Source: Candidatus Scatovivens sp. (lineage in GTDB: Bacteria; Bacillota; Clostridia; TANB77; CAG-508). Taken from it: 64,000 nucleotides of DNA. Below are positions 41,982 through 52,007 of this stretch, in pieces. How positions within the stretch are numbered: the first letter of the stretch is position 1; each line of letters opens with the position of its first letter. The position numbers and the translations under genes are program-made. The stretch is from positions 32,001-96,000 of the forward strand of contig JAZRKN010000001.1 in NCBI GenBank assembly GCA_045646345.1, given 5' to 3'. Below the pieces are notes generated by a model. The model saw nothing but the letters and a program-made list of their open reading frames with translations. It was not told the origin of the DNA and did no database searches.

Positions 41982-43853
41982 TCAGATTTTAACCGCTACA
42001 ACACTGTATTTAGGCAAAATACCTTTTTGAATTTCAGTGTCACAATTTTGGTCGCCTTCTCCCATTGAGAACATGATATTTTTATTTTTCAAACAATCCG
42101 GTAGTTTTTTTGCTATTTCGTTTCTATTAATAGCAAAGAACATATCTTCATGTCTATAAACAAGCACCCCATCTTTTTCTTCAAGAATTTCGAAATCCGC
42201 AGAAGCAAAAGTTGCTCTATGATCAGATCTAAAAATTCCCAAATTTTTATAAAGATTATAGCTTGTCATATCAATATCATGCCACGGAAGTGGCCACTTG
42301 TTTGTAGGGTCTTTAAGACCTGGTACTCCCATCTCATCGCCTGCAAAGATTGAAGGCAATCCAGGCAATGTGTACTGTAAGAAAACAGCAATTCTTCTTA
42401 AGTTTTCCGCTAAAACTCGTTTTTCGCCAGTGATTTGATAGTTTTCCATTTCATACTTTCTAAAACGATAAGTATTAAATGTTCCATCTTCATTTAGCCA
42501 ATCAGGAGACTTTTCCATGTCCCATACATTTTCATAACTTTCATCTTCCTTCATATATTCATTTGTAAGAATATTCATAGGTCGAGGAATATCATGAGAT
42601 GACATGAAAATTGGAGATCTTTTTAAAGCAGTTTCAGGATACAATTCACATACACTGTTAACAATCCTTCTAAAATACGGACCATTTCCCCATCTTGTAT
42701 AACGATAAATCGCATAAGGGAATTGATAGTTCATTACACAGTCTAGTTCTTCACCATTAAAGAAACTTCTATGTTCACCAGTTATAGCATGTTTCCATAC
42801 TTCACCCATGAAAATAGTATTTGGAAAATGGGATTTCAAATATGCAATCGTACTACTATGCAAATTATCTGCAACATCAAATCTGAAGAAATCACAGTAA
42901 TTTAATAGATTGCGAAGCATTGCTACCATATAGTCCAAATATTCTTTTTCTGCCTGATCAAATTCTGGTAAATGCTTATAGCCCCACCAGCATTTTGGTT
43001 CAACCAACCATTTTTCCCATTTGTATAGGTGCGGTTTTTCTTTTAATAATCCATTTAAAATACTAGAATGATTTATTACGACATCTAATCCAAGGCTCAT
43101 TTCAAGTTTATTTGCCTCTTCATGTAGTCTTTTTAATTTTTCCCAATCACCTAGTATCGGATCCACCTCAAAATAATCGACTGTATCATAGCGATTAGAA
43201 GAGCCCGACTTTAAAACAGGACAACAGTATATTGCAGTTACTCCCAAGCTTTTTATATGCGGAAGTTTTTCAATAATACCTTCAATAGTTCCTCCATAGT
43301 ACTGATCGTTGCGATATTCACCATCTTCATCTGGCCACCACTTTGGCGGTGCATCCCAAGGAACGACTTTGTCTTTGAAGTCTTCAGGCAAGTTTTTTTG
43401 GAAAAATGTATCAGGGTAAATCTGATATGCAATTCCACCTTCTAAACCGCAATCTGGAGTGTCATACTTCACAGAATATGTCATCGTTTCCCAAAATGCA
43501 TATCGACTATCCTCAATAAATTCCGTGATTACTGGAACACTTGTAGAATAATCTCTTTTTACGTACATTCTCTTGTCATTCAATTGCAGTGCGATTATAA
43601 ATGTTCTATAACCAGCAGTCTGCTGTTGGAATTGGGCAACAAATACGTTGTGCTTTTTACCAGATTCTTGGATGTTATAAATCATTTCATAACATCCATC
43701 CTCTCCGGGATATTGCCCATATTTGTTGAAGAAAACTTTTACATTTTCCACTTTCCCGAGTTCTTTCGAAATCTTAAGTTTAATCTTTTGCGTTTCGAAC
43801 AGTTTATGCGATGTGATGTATTCAAGTAAAATTTCTGATGATCTTCGAATCAT
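41982..43853 (-). CDS. GH13 alpha-amylase family glycosidase (neopullulanase/cyclomaltodextrinase-like)
   Basis: YQIYPD, DVVINH, FRFDVAD, GEVW, SSHD, PGLPSIFAGDE; catalytic D-E-D present; start moved behind AAGGGGG. Confidence 0.9.
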   Translation of the reverse strand: MIRRSSEILLEYITSHKLFETQKIKLKISKELGKVENVKVFFNKYGQYPGEDGCYEMIYNIQESGKKHNVFVAQFQQQTAGYRTFIIALQLNDKRMYVKRDYSTSVPVITEFIEDSRYAFWETMTYSVKYDTPDCGLEGGIAYQIYPDTFFQKNLPEDFKDKVVPWDAPPKWWPDEDGEYRNDQYYGGTIEGIIEKLPHIKSLGVTAIYCCPVLKSGSSNRYDTVDYFEVDPILGDWEKLKRLHEEANKLEMSLGLDVVINHSSILNGLLKEKPHLYKWEKWLVEPKCWWGYKHLPEFDQAEKEYLDYMVAMLRNLLNYCDFFRFDVADNLHSSTIAYLKSHFPNTIFMGEVWKHAITGEHRSFFNGEELDCVMNYQFPYAIYRYTRWGNGPYFRRIVNSVCELYPETALKRSPIFMSSHDIPRPMNILTNEYMKEDESYENVWDMEKSPDWLNEDGTFNTYRFRKYEMENYQITGEKRVLAENLRRIAVFLQYTLPGLPSIFAGDEMGVPGLKDPTNKWPLPWHDIDMTSYNLYKNLGIFRSDHRATFASADFEILEEKDGVLVYRHEDMFFAINRNEIAKKLPDCLKNKNIMFSMGEGDQNCDTEIQKGILPKYSVVAVKI

Positions 43854-43944
43854 AATGCATACCCCCTTAATTAAGATTTTACACATCATACAAAGCACTA
43901 AATGCTCTATGACAATTTATTATTTTTTTCGACATTTGTCAACA

Positions 43945-45453
43945 TTAATTTCCTGGTTCATATTCTTTTAATACAACATCATGTGCTCCACCTTCAATTA
44001 TACTAACATTTGAAACCATTGTTAATCTTGCTCTATCGTGGAATTCCGGAATTGAGATACAACCGCAATTACACATTGTAGATTTTATTTTGCTTACTGT
44101 TACTTCAACATTATCTTTTAATGGTCCTGCATATGGTATGTAAGAATCAACTCCTTCTTCAAAAGTAAGTTTATTTTTAGCTTCTCCTCCCATATCATAT
44201 CTTTGCCAGTTTCTTGCTCTATTTGAACCTTCACCCCAATATTCTTTCATGAATGTTCCATTTCTTTTTACAATTCTTGAAGGACTTTCATCAAATCTTG
44301 CAAAATATCTTCCCATCATTACAAAATCTGCTCCCATAGCCAACGCTAAAGTTATATGATAATCGTGTACAATTCCCCCATCAGAACATATTGGAATATA
44401 TACTCCTGTTCTTTCAAAATATTCATTTCTAGCTTCAACTACATCTAAAAGTGCACTAGCTTGTCCACGACCAATTCCCTTTGTCTCACGAGTTATACAA
44501 ATTGATCCTCCACCAACACCAACTTTAATAAAGTCAGCACCAGCATCAGCTAAGTAATAAAAGCCATCTTTATCAACAACATTTCCAGCTCCAATTTTAA
44601 CTGAATCTCCATAATGCTCTCTTACCCAATCAATTGTATTTTTTTGCCATACAGAATATCCATCTGAAGAGTCCATACACACCATATCAACACCTGCTTC
44701 AACTAAAGCTGGAATTCTGTCTGCATAATCTCTTGTGTTAATACCTGCACCGACAATAAAGCTTTTATTTTCATCTAATAATGAATTTGGATTTTCTTTA
44801 TCTGATTCATAGTCTTTTCTAAACACTAAAGCATCTAGATTATCATATTCATCTAAAATAGGTAAACAACTAATTTTATTTTCCCAAATCAAGTCATTTG
44901 CTTCTGTTAATGAAATTCCTTTTCTAGCAAAATAAAGTTTTTCTTTTGGCATCATATAATTAGAAACAGGTTCATCTAAGTTAACTCTAGAGATTCTATA
45001 ATCTTTATCTGTTACTAATCCTAAAAACTTTCCGTTTGCAGTACCATCTTCTGTAATCATTACAGTTGAATGTCCTGTTCTTTCAATCAAAGCTAATAAT
45101 TCTCTAATTGAAGCATTAGGCATAACATTTGAGTCACTTTTGATAAAACCTGCTTTGTATTTTTTTACATTTCTTACCATTTGAGCTTGTGATTCTATAC
45201 TTTGTGCACCATATATAAATGAGCATCCACCTTCTCTCGCAAGCGCAATAGCCATTTTTTCTCCTGAAACTGATTGCATTATTGCAGAAACTAAAGGTAA
45301 GTTCGCACTATATTTAGGTTCTTCTCCTCTATGATATTTCACAAGTGGTGTTCTTAAAGACACATTACTAGGAATACATCTTTCATCTGTTAAATTTGGC
45401 AATAGTAAAAATTCATTAAATGTTCTTGATACATCTTTTAATATTTCAGCCAT
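43945..45453 (-). CDS. guaB: IMP dehydrogenase with CBS pair
   Basis: [36 protein letters not shown]; start moved to MAEILK. Confidence 0.95.
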   Translation of the reverse strand: MAEILKDVSRTFNEFLLLPNLTDERCIPSNVSLRTPLVKYHRGEEPKYSANLPLVSAIMQSVSGEKMAIALAREGGCSFIYGAQSIESQAQMVRNVKKYKAGFIKSDSNVMPNASIRELLALIERTGHSTVMITEDGTANGKFLGLVTDKDYRISRVNLDEPVSNYMMPKEKLYFARKGISLTEANDLIWENKISCLPILDEYDNLDALVFRKDYESDKENPNSLLDENKSFIVGAGINTRDYADRIPALVEAGVDMVCMDSSDGYSVWQKNTIDWVREHYGDSVKIGAGNVVDKDGFYYLADAGADFIKVGVGGGSICITRETKGIGRGQASALLDVVEARNEYFERTGVYIPICSDGGIVHDYHITLALAMGADFVMMGRYFARFDESPSRIVKRNGTFMKEYWGEGSNRARNWQRYDMGGEAKNKLTFEEGVDSYIPYAGPLKDNVEVTVSKIKSTMCNCGCISIPEFHDRARLTMVSNVSIIEGGAHDVVLKEYEPGN

Positions 45454-45615
45454 TTTTCCCTCCTCATTATTTATTTTTATACAAAATTTTAATATTAATA
45501 TTATATCTATAATTCTATCTAAAATCAATTTCAAATTTTAATTTTTCTAGTTTTTCATTAAAAAGCAAAACATCACAATGTTATATGTTTAATACCATTG
45601 TGATGCTTTGTAATT

Positions 45616-46632
45616 TTAACTACAATATCTGCATAATATAGATCTTAATCCTATATCCAAATCTATCTTACCATTTTTATAATTATAATCCAAATCTGTA
45701 AGTTCATCTAAAATTGTTCTAAGTTCACTCATTTTAAAATACGATGCTTGTTTTTTATATTTTGTCACTAAAAATGTTTGTGTTGGTTTTAAATTTAATG
45801 AATTCACAACATCTTTATTCAACTTAACTGCTATTGCGCATAAATATATTTTTTTAAAATGTCCGTATAACGTAATTAATATTTTTTGTATAGGTTCTTT
45901 TTGATAAATTAAATTATCTAAAATTTCTAACGCTTTATCAATTTTCCTCATTGCAAGAAAATCTGTTAAATCAAATATAACACTTTCTATTTGCTTTATT
46001 GATAATTTATTAACCGCATCTAAAGTTATTGTACCGTTCTCTCCTGAATATTCTATAAGTTTTCTTATTTCATTAATTAAATTTTGAAGATTTGTCCCAC
46101 ACGTTTCAATTAAATAATTTAAAGTCATGTCATCAACATTTACTTTATATAAACCACAAATTTGTTTTAATTTTTTTACTAATTGAGCTGGTCTTAATTC
46201 TTCACAATTGCATAAAATTCCCTGTTTTTGAACTTTTTCAAAAACTATGTTTTTATCTGCAGTACCTTCTACAAAAACTAATATTACAGATTCTTCAATT
46301 ATCTCCATATTGTTTTCTATATATTCTGCAACTTTATCTTGCATCGGAGAACCTGATTTTTTTCTTCCATCTTTTTTGAAAAGACCGGAATTTTTTACAA
46401 TTATTAATTTTTTATCAAATCCAAATGCTGGCATTTCAATATCCGAAATCAAATTATCCAAATTTGTTTCATCGATTAAAATGTAGTTAATTCCAAGAAC
46501 TCTCTCTCCAAACTTTTTCTTTATTTTATTAACACATGTATCTACTAAATATTGATCATCACCATATATTAAATATAATGGTTTTAATTCTGCATTTAAA
46601 CTTTTCTCTAACGCGTCATATGTTAAGTCCAT
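45616..46632 (-). CDS. holA: DNA polymerase III delta subunit
   Basis: PLYLIYGDD, NEIRKL, IFDLTD, LDYNYKNG. Confidence 0.92.
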   Translation of the reverse strand: MDLTYDALEKSLNAELKPLYLIYGDDQYLVDTCVNKIKKKFGERVLGINYILIDETNLDNLISDIEMPAFGFDKKLIIVKNSGLFKKDGRKKSGSPMQDKVAEYIENNMEIIEESVILVFVEGTADKNIVFEKVQKQGILCNCEELRPAQLVKKLKQICGLYKVNVDDMTLNYLIETCGTNLQNLINEIRKLIEYSGENGTITLDAVNKLSIKQIESVIFDLTDFLAMRKIDKALEILDNLIYQKEPIQKILITLYGHFKKIYLCAIAVKLNKDVVNSLNLKPTQTFLVTKYKKQASYFKMSELRTILDELTDLDYNYKNGKIDLDIGLRSILCRYCS

Positions 46633-46730
46633 ATTTATACCTCTTTAAATTACACTTTATTTTACTTTTTCATTTTATAATTTTTATTTTTTATTGTCAA
46701 TTATAAAGCATTACTTTTAGCAAGATATAT

Positions 46731-46763
46731 AAAAAAAGCAGTTTGAGTGCCAAACCGCTTTTT
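46731..46763 (-). terminator. Terminator after oapA
   Basis: AAAAAGCAGTTTG-AGTGC-CAAACCGCTTTTT. Confidence 0.65.
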
Positions 46764-46775
46764 ATCTATTACATT

Positions 46776-47306
46776 CTAATTATCTAAATTTATAATTTTT
46801 GATATGAATTCTATTATTTTTGTAGAATTTTTCTTTGCAATTTCTTTAGTTATAGCTTTTCCACCAACAGTAACTGATGAAACAATTGCACTAAATATAA
46901 ATTGAATTGAAGAACTCATTCCATAGTTTTCTGTTAATTTAAAAGCAATCATAGCACTTATTGCACCACTCAAAACTCCACAAATATCACCAATTACATC
47001 TGCACAAAAATTGGCTACTTTTCCTGAATTTCTAATCATTTTAATAGATGTTTTTGCACCTTTTATTTTTTTACTAGCTTGTGCATGGAAATCTTCTTCA
47101 TTTCCTACAGTTACTGCTACAGCTATTAAATCAAATACAACACCAATTAAGATAACTACTATTAAACTTAGTATTCCTAACACTATATTTAAGTTTGCTA
47201 TTACTGTATTTGATATAAATGAAAAAAGCAATGATAAAATAAATGTTGTTATAGCTATAACTATAACCCAACTATTGTTATTTGTTTTTTTCTGGTTTTC
47301 TTTCAA
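46776..47306 (-). CDS. oapA: OLE-associated protein A (CNNM/DUF21-like membrane protein)
   Basis: Four hydrophobic segments; FH...KKIKGAK, NFCADVIGDICGVLSG (DxxxD) and TVGGKA motifs; directly downstream of OLE RNA; TTG start behind AGGAG. Confidence 0.9.
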   Translation of the reverse strand: MKENQKKTNNNSWVIVIAITTFILSLLFSFISNTVIANLNIVLGILSLIVVILIGVVFDLIAVAVTVGNEEDFHAQASKKIKGAKTSIKMIRNSGKVANFCADVIGDICGVLSGAISAMIAFKLTENYGMSSSIQFIFSAIVSSVTVGGKAITKEIAKKNSTKIIEFISKIINLDN

Positions 47307-47374
47307 TTTTTAATCTTCTCCTTTTTATAATTTGTTATCTTTTGATTTTATTAATTTAAATTAATAAAATATAC

Positions 47375-47401
47375 AAAAAAACGGAATACAAAATATTCCA
47401 T
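47375..47401 (-). terminator. Intrinsic terminator between OLE RNA and oapA
   Basis: Minus strand ATGGAATA-TTTTG-TATTCCGT followed by a T run. Confidence 0.65.
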
Positions 47402-47427
47402 TTTTCCTTATCTTATTATAAACTCTT

Positions 47428-47996
47428 ATTGGTAGGAATTCGAGTAAATTTTACGGTTTAGGTCTAGCAGATTTTCTCGTTTTTTCACTTCTCATTACTG
47501 ATAAGCCGTTTCCATTTAAGAAAAAACACATATCTTTTGTAAAAGATTGTCGCCAGATCACCACTTAAATCCGTACCTTAATCCCCAAATCCCCATGCTC
47601 AAAATTAAAGCAAACATTCTAGAAATTTTCTTTGAGTATCTTAGCCTATTATTAGTCTTTTTTGCAATAGTTGTTTCAAAATCAATTAGTAACCCTTATT
47701 TGGCCAAAAATAATTGTTATAATTATCGATTTATCCCCAAATACCACTCAAGACAGTATTTTACCACCATATAAGATAACAATATGGATTTTACCTATTT
47801 TTTTCAAAATAAGTCTCAATGAATTTAGGAATCGTTTGTATGCCATTACAAGTTATCCTAAAAACTTTTTCCCAAGAATCACGCAAAACTGGGCGTAATG
47901 CGCAAGGTTCTCAAAAAACTTCGACTGTGAATACTTTCTAGTAGATTTTTAGCCCTACCCTCATAATAGGAGTATACACTAGAATAATGCACCAAC
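47428..47996 (-). ncRNA. ole: OLE RNA (Ornate Large Extremophilic RNA), about 570 nt
   Basis: Collinear OLE landmarks on the minus strand: GGTGCATTATTCTAGT, GGTAGGGCTAAAAATCTAC, GCCCAGT, AATGGCAT, CTTGAGTGGTA, TTGCAAAA, GTACGGATTTAAGTGG, GGAAAC, ACCTAAACCGTAAAATTTACT...TACCA; 5' GUUGGU can pair with 3' ACCAAU; oapA follows. Confidence 0.92.
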
Positions 47997-48002
47997 GAAA
48001 TT

Positions 48003-48031
48003 ATTATAGCAGTTTTGTTTTAAACATTCAA
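48003..48031 (-). promoter_or_regulatory. Sigma-A promoter of OLE RNA
   Basis: TTGAAT (48026-48031), 17 nt, TATAAT (48003-48008) with extended -10 TG; predicted start G47996 coincides with the RNA 5' stem. Confidence 0.8.
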
Positions 48032-48199
48032 ATCCCATGCAAGTTTTCTTAAGTTAAAATTAAGTTTCAGCCAATTCCTGTAAACACCATCTCTTCTTTT
48101 TTCTTATTTTATCTCTTTAATTCTCTTTAAATCTTTTAATATCATTATGATTAATTTTCACAACACAAAAAACACCTTATTTAATTTACAGAATTTCCA

Positions 48200-48228
48200 T
48201 TGACTATAATTTTTCATAAAGATATAAT
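48200..48228 (+). promoter_or_regulatory. Sigma-A promoter of the divergent membrane-protein gene
   Basis: TTGACT, 17 nt, TATAAT. Confidence 0.65.
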
Positions 48229-48260
48229 TTATTTATAATAATTTTAAGGGGGAATTTTCT

Positions 48261-48767
48261 ATGTACGATGAAAGTTCTATGAAAAGTCATATTTTTTGGA
48301 TAAAATTTAAAAGAGTGTTTTCTATTATATTTTTCACTGCATTAGGTTCTGCATTAGGCGCAATTATAAGTTCTTATATTATAGATGTTTTATTGTTTCC
48401 TAAATTCTTATCTCCAATAATAGTTGTTATTTCTTCTCTTTTATTTTTAGGATTCGCAAATTTAATGACAGCTAATACCGGAAAAGAAGTTCAAGATGCT
48501 TATTGGAAAATTGCAGTTTATAAAAAATTAGCTATAATATCAAAAAAATTAGATAATTTAGAGAAACTTGAAAACTTAGAAAAAATTAATAATATTTTAA
48601 ATCCAGATGATGAAAAAAATACAACATCAAAAATAAAAAAAATTAAAGAAACTGAAAAGGAACAAAATACTTCAGAAATGCCTCATGAATCATCTTCAAC
48701 TTTAGATTCTACAACTCAAGTTATTGAATCAGAATTATCTAGCCAAGAAAATAAAGTAACAACCTAA
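48261..48767 (+). CDS. Hypothetical two-TM membrane protein with coiled/low-complexity tail
   Basis: AAGGGGG RBS, two hydrophobic helices. Confidence 0.75.
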   Translation: MYDESSMKSHIFWIKFKRVFSIIFFTALGSALGAIISSYIIDVLLFPKFLSPIIVVISSLLFLGFANLMTANTGKEVQDAYWKIAVYKKLAIISKKLDNLEKLENLEKINNILNPDDEKNTTSKIKKIKETEKEQNTSEMPHESSSTLDSTTQVIESELSSQENKVTT

Positions 48768-48777
48768 ATAAATATAC

Positions 48778-48812
48778 AAAAAAGAAGTTACAATTTTTGT
48801 AACTTCTTTTTT
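48778..48812. terminator. Bidirectional terminator
   Basis: AAAAAAGAAGTTACAA-TT-TTTGTAACTTCTTTTTT between convergent genes. Confidence 0.75.
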
Positions 48813-48833
48813 ACGTTCATTTTGTATTATTTA

Positions 48834-50129
48834 TTAATATCCTGGTTTTTCTAATAATCTAAACATATTCTTTTTATACTCTTCTACACCTGGTTGATTG
48901 AATGGATTTACTCCTAACATTGTTCCAGAAATAGCACAAGCCTTTTCGAAGAAATAAATTAGTTCTCCTAGATTTTCTTCATCTAGTTTTTCCATTTCAA
49001 TCATTATATTTGGAACATTTCCTGTAACATGAGCTAAAACAGTTCCTTCCATTGCTTTACTATTAACATATCCAACAGTTTTTCCAGCTAAATAATTTAA
49101 TCCATCTAAATTTTGGTCGTCTGGTTGAATTGTAATTTCAGAAGCATTTGTTCCTATTTTTAAAACAGTCTCTAATAGATCTCTTCTTCCATCTTGAATG
49201 TATTGTCCCATTGAGTGTAAGTCAGTTGTTAAATCAACGCCAGCAGGGAAAATTCCTTTTAAATCTTTTCCTTCACTTTCTCCATAAAGTTGTTTCCACC
49301 ATTCTGTCATATAGTGAAGTTTTGGCTCGTAGTTAGCTAAAATTTCAATTGTTTTTCCTGATCTATATAATAAATTTCTAACAACAGCATATTTATAGCA
49401 ATCATTATATTTTAAATCAGAATCAGCATATTTATCTTGTGCTTGTTTAGCACCTTTCATTAATTTATCTATATCGATACCAGCTGCAGCTATTGGTAAC
49501 AATCCTACTGCTGTTAAAACAGAAAATCTTCCTCCAACATTATCTGGAATTACAAATTTTTCATATTTCTCATTGTCTGCTAATGTTTTTAAAGCACCTT
49601 TTTGTTTATCTGTTGTTACATAAATTCTTTTTCTTGCTTCTTCAACACCATATTTTGTTTCTAATACTTCTCTAAAAATTCTAAAAGCAATAGCTGGTTC
49701 TGTTGTTGTTACAGATTTTGAAATAATCTTTATAGAGATATCCTTATCAGCAACATATTCTAATAATTCATTCATATATACTGGACTCATATTATGACCT
49801 GCATATACTATAACTGGTGTTTTTTTGTTTGCCATTTGGCTATGGAATGAGTGTGATAAAGCATCTATTACAGCTCTAGCTCCTAAGTATGAACCACCAA
49901 TACCTATAACAACTAAAACATCTGAATCTTTTTGAATTTTTTGCGCTGCTTTTTTTATTCTAGCAAATTCTTCTTTATCATAGTTAGTTGGAAGTTCCAT
50001 CCAACCTAAAAATTCTTTTTCATCATTTGCTTTTGTATGAAGTCCTTCATGTATTTTTGCAATTTCTTCGCTATACTCAGTAATTATTTTTTCTTCAATA
50101 CTTGAGTTTTCTAAATTTAATTTAATCAT
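48834..50129 (-). CDS. pgi: Glucose-6-phosphate isomerase
   Basis: [43 protein letters not shown]; SKSG loop reads SKSV. Confidence 0.95.
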   Translation of the reverse strand: MIKLNLENSSIEEKIITEYSEEIAKIHEGLHTKANDEKEFLGWMELPTNYDKEEFARIKKAAQKIQKDSDVLVVIGIGGSYLGARAVIDALSHSFHSQMANKKTPVIVYAGHNMSPVYMNELLEYVADKDISIKIISKSVTTTEPAIAFRIFREVLETKYGVEEARKRIYVTTDKQKGALKTLADNEKYEKFVIPDNVGGRFSVLTAVGLLPIAAAGIDIDKLMKGAKQAQDKYADSDLKYNDCYKYAVVRNLLYRSGKTIEILANYEPKLHYMTEWWKQLYGESEGKDLKGIFPAGVDLTTDLHSMGQYIQDGRRDLLETVLKIGTNASEITIQPDDQNLDGLNYLAGKTVGYVNSKAMEGTVLAHVTGNVPNIMIEMEKLDEENLGELIYFFEKACAISGTMLGVNPFNQPGVEEYKKNMFRLLEKPGY

Positions 50130-50217
50130 TATAAGCCTCCTAAAATATAACTTATTATTTTTACAGACTGATTATATCATAAGGTCCGAAAAAAATATGT
50201 GATTTTTATGTGAAATT

Positions 50218-50709
50218 TTATATTGTACCAGGTTCGTTTAAAATGTTTATTTTATCTATAAATCCTGTTGTTGAATATTCCATTTCTATTAAATATTTTT
50301 TTCTTGCATTTAAAGCGTTTCTTATTCTTGTCAAATTTTTAATGTATTCTGTTTTATCAGTTTTTTCTATTGGTCTTATTGCATTTTCAATTCCTAATTC
50401 AAAAAACTCTTTATTATTATTAACTACTAATTGAGGAAATCTAAAAAAATCTTCCTCATCGTCATAAGCCGCTGAATTTGTAACTAAAATTGCAATTAAT
50501 TTCTTTACATTTGATCCATTTTGAATTCCTTCATACATTGTAAATTTATTATTAAAAGTATTAACTTCTTGTTCTGTAAATTTATCCATTGATTCATATG
50601 TACTAGTAGCTGCATTTCCATAGGCTAACATTCCTATTGATATCATTAAAACAACTACACAAACAGCTCCACTTATTAAAAGAGATTTTGTATTATTTCC
50701 CATAATCAA
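50218..50709 (-). CDS. Hypothetical protein with pilin-like N-terminal hydrophobic helix
   Basis: KSLLISGAVCVVVLMISIG...FNNKFTMYEG. Confidence 0.65.
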   Translation of the reverse strand: MIMGNNTKSLLISGAVCVVVLMISIGMLAYGNAATSTYESMDKFTEQEVNTFNNKFTMYEGIQNGSNVKKLIAILVTNSAAYDDEEDFFRFPQLVVNNNKEFFELGIENAIRPIEKTDKTEYIKNLTRIRNALNARKKYLIEMEYSTTGFIDKINILNEPGTI

Positions 50710-50793
50710 TTACACATCCTTTATATAAAATAACCGAAATCATTTTATCATAATTTCCTTTATTTTTCAATAATTGTATGGTTTTATCGCTTA

Positions 50794-51855
50794 TTATCTT
50801 GTAAGCATTATTAAAAAATATTTTTCTTTTTCTGATAATTCATCTTTTATTTTCAAATGATTTATTAAAAAGTTTATTTTCGCCCTTTCTATTTCTCCCT
50901 CTAAAGTCAAATGGATTTTACAATATTTATAAATTACCCATCCACCAAATATTATTGTAGCTAATAAAGTAATGGCAGAGAAATTCATCAAGAGTACTAA
51001 AACAAAGACAAATACAATTGCTTTTACAATCTCTGTTACTTCTTCTTTAGAAAGTCCTTCTTTAGTTCCTTTTTCTAAAGTATTTAAAAACTTATTAATT
51101 TTTCTTTGAACTATGTTTTCATCATAAAAACCTTTTTTTACTAATTCATCTTTTATCATATTTTTAAAAATCTTTCTTTCTCGCTCAATTTCTCTTTGAT
51201 GACTTTCAAAAAGATTTTTTATAGGTGCTGAAATTTCACTAGATTTACTATTAAAAACATATTGTTCTAATTTAGTTAATATATTGTCATCAAAATCAAT
51301 CTCTTCTTTTACTTTATCAAACTTATTTAAAATTCCTATACTTCTATAATAATATTTCAAGCGAAATACTGTAGTTTCATATTGATAACTTTTAGTTAAA
51401 ATAGCATTTGCTAAAATCGGTTCATATATCGGTAGCTCATATAACGTATCATCGGATACATCATACTTTTCTTTTAATATTTTTTCATAATTTATTTTTT
51501 TTATAAAAGTAAAAAACGCAAAAATAATATTACTTACAAAAACAATAATATCCATCACAATCAACAAAATAATACTTAGCAATATTATTACATCTCTAGC
51601 AGAATTTGCACTCAAGCAAACTCTATTTTCAATTATATCTTTTACTCCTAATATAAAAATATCATCAATTTCTTTACATCCTGTATTTAAATCTACTGTA
51701 ATTTGGTAATTTTCAAACATTATTTCATTAGAATATACAGCTATCATACCCTCTTTATTTGGATATGAGCAAATAAGATAAAAAGTTCCAATTATACATG
51801 CACAGAAAAAAAACAAAACTATTTGTCCTACAAAAAAATCAAATATTTTTCTCAT
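50794..51855 (-). CDS. Hypothetical membrane protein (C-terminal part resembles DUF2207 family)
   Basis: Several TMs; ELVKKGFY and LTLEGE...FL pattern. Confidence 0.65.
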   Translation of the reverse strand: MRKIFDFFVGQIVLFFFCACIIGTFYLICSYPNKEGMIAVYSNEIMFENYQITVDLNTGCKEIDDIFILGVKDIIENRVCLSANSARDVIILLSIILLIVMDIIVFVSNIIFAFFTFIKKINYEKILKEKYDVSDDTLYELPIYEPILANAILTKSYQYETTVFRLKYYYRSIGILNKFDKVKEEIDFDDNILTKLEQYVFNSKSSEISAPIKNLFESHQREIERERKIFKNMIKDELVKKGFYDENIVQRKINKFLNTLEKGTKEGLSKEEVTEIVKAIVFVFVLVLLMNFSAITLLATIIFGGWVIYKYCKIHLTLEGEIERAKINFLINHLKIKDELSEKEKYFLIMLTR

Positions 51856-52007
51856 ACAAAACTCCTTTTAGCAATTTCAATTTTATTATACTATTTATTC
51901 ATTCTTTTTCCAATTTCTTTAACAAAAAAAATATATTTTTTATTGACCTTTTTACTTAATAATAATATGATAATATACATAGAAAAAATTAAGGAGAATT
52001 TACAAAA

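Noticed and set aside
45454-45615. Purine riboswitch upstream of guaB
   Set aside because: No aptamer core visible; the only hairpin is explained as the holA terminator
47547-47898. Two 75-aa plus-strand ORFs in the ORF track
   Set aside because: Antisense to the OLE RNA, no RBS, no protein-like motifs
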